Assembly: GCA_965202585.1 (NCBI GenBank)
Contig: OZ241832.1
Coordinates: 31,868,001-31,932,000 of the forward strand
Length of the DNA: 64,000 bases
Source of the DNA: Thalia democratica
Lineage: Eukaryota
Reading direction: 5' to 3'
Both the position numbers and the translations under genes were made by a program. Positions 60,173 to 64,000 of this stretch are shown piece by piece (the first letter of the stretch is position 1; each line of letters begins with the position of its first letter). The notes beneath the pieces are model-generated. The model saw only the letters and a list, made by a program, of their open reading frames with translations. It was not told where the DNA came from and searched no databases.

Positions 60173-61946
60173 CAGCGCTTCCAAAAGTGGGCGATTTAAG
60201 TAAGTCGGGGGGCAAATTTTAATAAAGGGGCGAAAGGGGGGGCGATAGTTAGTAAGGGGGCGAATGGGGGGCAATTTTATAATTTTGGCCAGTCATAGAA
60301 TTTTTACTTTCTATCTTGGAAGTTTACTAATTTTAGCTTGCCATTAAATATTTGATCCAGAGGTAAAACTTTAACAAAAAAGTCCATTTTGTTTACGTAT
60401 AGTATAGATTTCATTTTAAACATGTAGATAAGAATGTAGAGTTTTTCAGAAAACGTCGAGATGACAGAAAAAAAAAGGGTAAAATTACAAACTTGTTCAA
60501 GAAATCTACACATAGTATTGAAGATGGACAACTATCTTGTTTTTATCTGTCTTTCATAGTTGCTAAACAAGGACTGCCTCACACCATTGGAGAGAAAAAC
60601 GTTTATTCCTGTCTTAAAAACAGTTCTGGAAAAGTCATTCATTATAAAAACACTAGTAATGTTTTACGTTCTATTCCTTTAAGCTACAACACTGTGAAAA
60701 GACGTATAGATGAAATGTCAGCATGTGTTGAACAAAAGTTAGTTCGCATGATGTGCAATAATTTTTTTTCGATGCAGGTTAACGAGTCACTTTGCCGAAA
60801 AATAAATGTATTTTTCTTGTTTGCGTGCGTTAAATAGTTGATGATACAACATACGAAGAACTAGCGTTCTCCCAACCAATGGAAACGCATAGCACAAGAA
60901 GGTTTGTGTTTGAAAAATTAAAAATATTTTGAAGTAAACAAAATATTTTCAAAACATCCTATTGGGATTGTAACAAATGGTGCTCCGTTTATGATAGGAA
61001 AGTGTTGTGAATTAATCACATATTACAAAGAGTTAAACCCTGATACATTTACTACTCATTGCGTTATACATCGCCAACATTTAGTTACAAAAATTTTGAG
61101 CGTCCGTTTGATTGACTTATTAAACTTTGTGATAAAAGATGTCAACAAAATAAAAAGGCATGCTTTACAAAGTCGTCTGTTTAAACAGCTGTGCAATGAC
61201 AATGATGAGGCTTTTGATAAGTTGATAATGTACACAGAAGTGAAATGGTTACCAAAAGGATTCTGTTTAAAAAAGTTTTTGGCTGTTTTTTTATCAGTTA
61301 TGATTTTTTTCCTCAAAAGGATAAGATTATGACAGACAATCTAGTTAAAATAAAAATAGACATGTGAGACTTATATGGTAAGATGAACAATCGGAACAAA
61401 ACTTTACAAAGTAAAAACTTGAATCTTTTAAAAGTCAAAAGTAAGATAACCAGATTCAGAAACCAACTTAAATTGTATGAAAAAAAATTCAAAAATAATC
61501 AGTTTTCACAGTTTGCAAGACTGGAAAACTTGAAACTTTAAATAAATATAGCTTTAATGTGATATTGATAAACGGTTTACTGACGTTTTTCAATTAAACG
61601 TCCCGAAGCAGATCTTTTTGAAGTTAGTATTGACTTACAAAAACTTTTTCAGACTTACCAACTGACCTTGAACTTAAAGTTAATTTTTCCAAAGAACTAT
61701 ATGAAAGCTTTTGGACTAAACAAAAACTAAGGCAAAAGTATCCAATCATTTGGGAGGAAGTTAGACTGTTGTTTATAGCTTTTCCTTCTAGCTATGTTGT
61801 TCAGAAGCTTTCATTTCAGTTATAACTTTAGCAAAAGATATAATCTAGATATTTACAAAAGAGGTGACTTGAGGCTTTACTTGACTGATTTAGAACCAGG
61901 TATAGAAAAACTTGCAAGCAGTCATAAAGCTCATCCTTCACATTAG
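60173..61946 (+). mobile_element. Decayed hAT transposon (Buster/Charlie-type transposase pseudogene)
   Basis: Left end cagcgcttccaaaagtg with ggggcga subterminal repeats; fragments PHTIGE, PLS-NTVKRRI, CVIHRQHL, TEVKWL, RGDLRL-LT-LEP and terminal AHPSH*; several frameshifts; right TIR not found. Confidence 0.88.
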
Positions 61947-64000
61947 ATTAGGCTTCAGTTGCAGACATTATTTTTCGTAAGGTTTCAATTTTAGTTGATT
62001 TTTTTAAAGGTTTCTTATTTAAGCTGGTTTGTATTTAAGTAGTCTTTTTATAACAAAAAATTTATAAAGTTATTTATTTTACCACAGGTTTGCTTGATGC
62101 CTAATGACTATTAATTACGGTAGATTTCCTCTTGAGTTTGCAATTTTTTTGGGTAAAATTATTATAAATTCTTAAAATTAACTTAAATAAAATATACAAC
62201 TAAGTATTTATAAAACAAAAAAATTATTATAGTTAATATCTTATATAGATCAATCTTTTTAATGAATATTTATTTTATGTTTTAGTGGATTTTACGTTTA
62301 TTCATAACATTATTGCATTATAACATATTGAAACTTGCCATTTAATAAAAAAAATGATAATGCATATTTGAGTTCGCACTTTTTGATTTTGTTCAAAGTG
62401 CAAATTCAAGCGAAAATCAACTGTATTTATTGAGTCGTTTATGTTTTAAAGTTGTTAATAGTTATGTTTTGACTTGGTTAATTTTGTAGTTTATATTTGT
62501 CGTTTTACATCACATTAAAAGTTTTTATAGCATAGTAAATAAAATACTTTTTTAAAGATATTTTTTTAAAGATAAAGATAGTTTAAAGATTTAATTGACA
62601 TATATTTGTTATTACTTGTTTAATCTGTATAAGTAAAAAAAGTAATATTCTAAACCATTAAAGTTTTTGATTCAAAAAAGATTTTTTGCCTTTAAAAAAC
62701 TTTAGATTTGAGGTCTGTATTTGAAATGACTTTAACTATTTCACTAAAAAGATTCTTAATATCAGTTTTATTTTCTATCTTGATTTGTTATTGTTAAAAA
62801 ATCTGTATATTAAGGAACATTAAACTATTAGTACAACTGTTTTTTGTTTTATGTTCAATAAAAATATTTTGACAGTAAAATATGTTGTTTATTTAAATAT
62901 TTTAACCCTAGCTTTTGGTGTTTCACTATTTTCCCCTGTTAATTTATTATAGTTTGATAGCTAGGAATAAATTCTTTTTGTACAGATTTAAATAATCCAT
63001 CAAAAAAACTGCTAGTTACAAAACAAAATTTTAATCTAATAAAATTCTTTTTAATTGATTACTTCCTGTTCACAAAATTAAATGTAAAACCTTTTATTTA
63101 TTTTAAATTTAAATAAAAAAAACAGAAAATTTTTAGGATTAAGGTTCAGTTTTTTAAAGGTTATTCCAAGTCAAATACTGTTCTTTTACAAAACATATAG
63201 TTTAAAAAATTGAAAATTAAATTAACAACTAAATTGCTTACAATATCTTTTAGCATAGAAATTAATAATTTTTCTGCATTACAGAAGCTATCAATAAAAC
63301 CATGTATCATGTGAGATAATCAACCAGTCGTTCAAATTTCCTAAAACTAGATCAGCAATGGTGTTTAAATAAATTTATGTGTAAAATAAGCTGTTCATTC
63401 TTTTGTAGTTTTTTAATATATGGTAAAATAATTTTAGAATATGTCTACTTATAAAATAATTTAAGTTTATTGTGCGACTTAAATAAGTTACTTAGCATTC
63501 ACTTCTAAATGTCCGAAAATCTTTATATAAGAGATTATTATAGTGTCAGGTTTCAATTAAGATTTTCGATGGGTAACGTACGGTCCAGATCCAGTCAAAT
63601 TCGGCCCGCTAAGTAACTTGAAAATTACTTGTGCAAAACAAATAAAATTTAGCATTTAGCTTTTTGATATTTTGAAATACGCTTTCAATTTGGTTTTCAG
63701 TTCACAATAGTACTTCCCAGATCACAATACTAGTAAACCAACTTATTAAAAATTTGCTCGAATTTTTTATTTTCTTTTATGTTAGTTTTTTAAATTATGC
63801 AGCCCGCAAGTACATTTTTTTAACAAGTCGACACTAGAAATGATTTTTTAGTAAAAATGACTCGCTGACTGCAAAAGTTGTCCACAACTAACCTAAAGGC
63901 TTCATTAGTTTCAAAACAATTCATATTTAAACAGAATTGATTACAGATTACAAAAGACATTTTTGGATCTGATAATTCTTGACGGAGTATTTAAGTATTA

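Noticed and set aside
60200-60275. G-run cluster as a stand-alone G-quadruplex element
   Set aside because: Explained as GGGGCGA subterminal repeats of the hAT transposon

Overview
AT-rich eukaryotic (animal) genomic DNA with GC/CpG-richer exons and many short DNA-transposon relics. It resembles a Hydra-type cnidarian genome, but that is inference only. The centre holds a complete minus-strand isovaleryl-CoA dehydrogenase (IVD) gene (ATG 36438, stop 17017). I assembled ten exon positions by hand with consistent GT-AG phases; they total 1269 nt (422 aa). The main surprise is that exon 7, which carries the catalytic Glu (LDLERL), exists as three intact 94-bp alternatives plus a truncated fourth copy. 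One is canonical (ERLLLSAG); two carry Gly at the predicted pocket-lining Leu (ERLAGAAG, ERLGGAAG). This is the architecture of a mutually exclusive exon cassette that could switch substrate specificity. IVD is flanked by a convergent pair of intronless paralogs encoding secreted, very basic proteins of unknown family (9186+ and 43754-). In the left copy a single 30-bp unit has expanded to about 118 in-frame copies, and one in-frame TAA cuts this array off from the signal-peptide ORF. Also present: tandem echoes of splice junctions at most IVD exons, a composite hAT element with a perfect TSD, several MITE families, a dispersed hairpin repeat, and a decayed Buster-type hAT transposase. All coordinates and counts were done by eye; no database searches were run.
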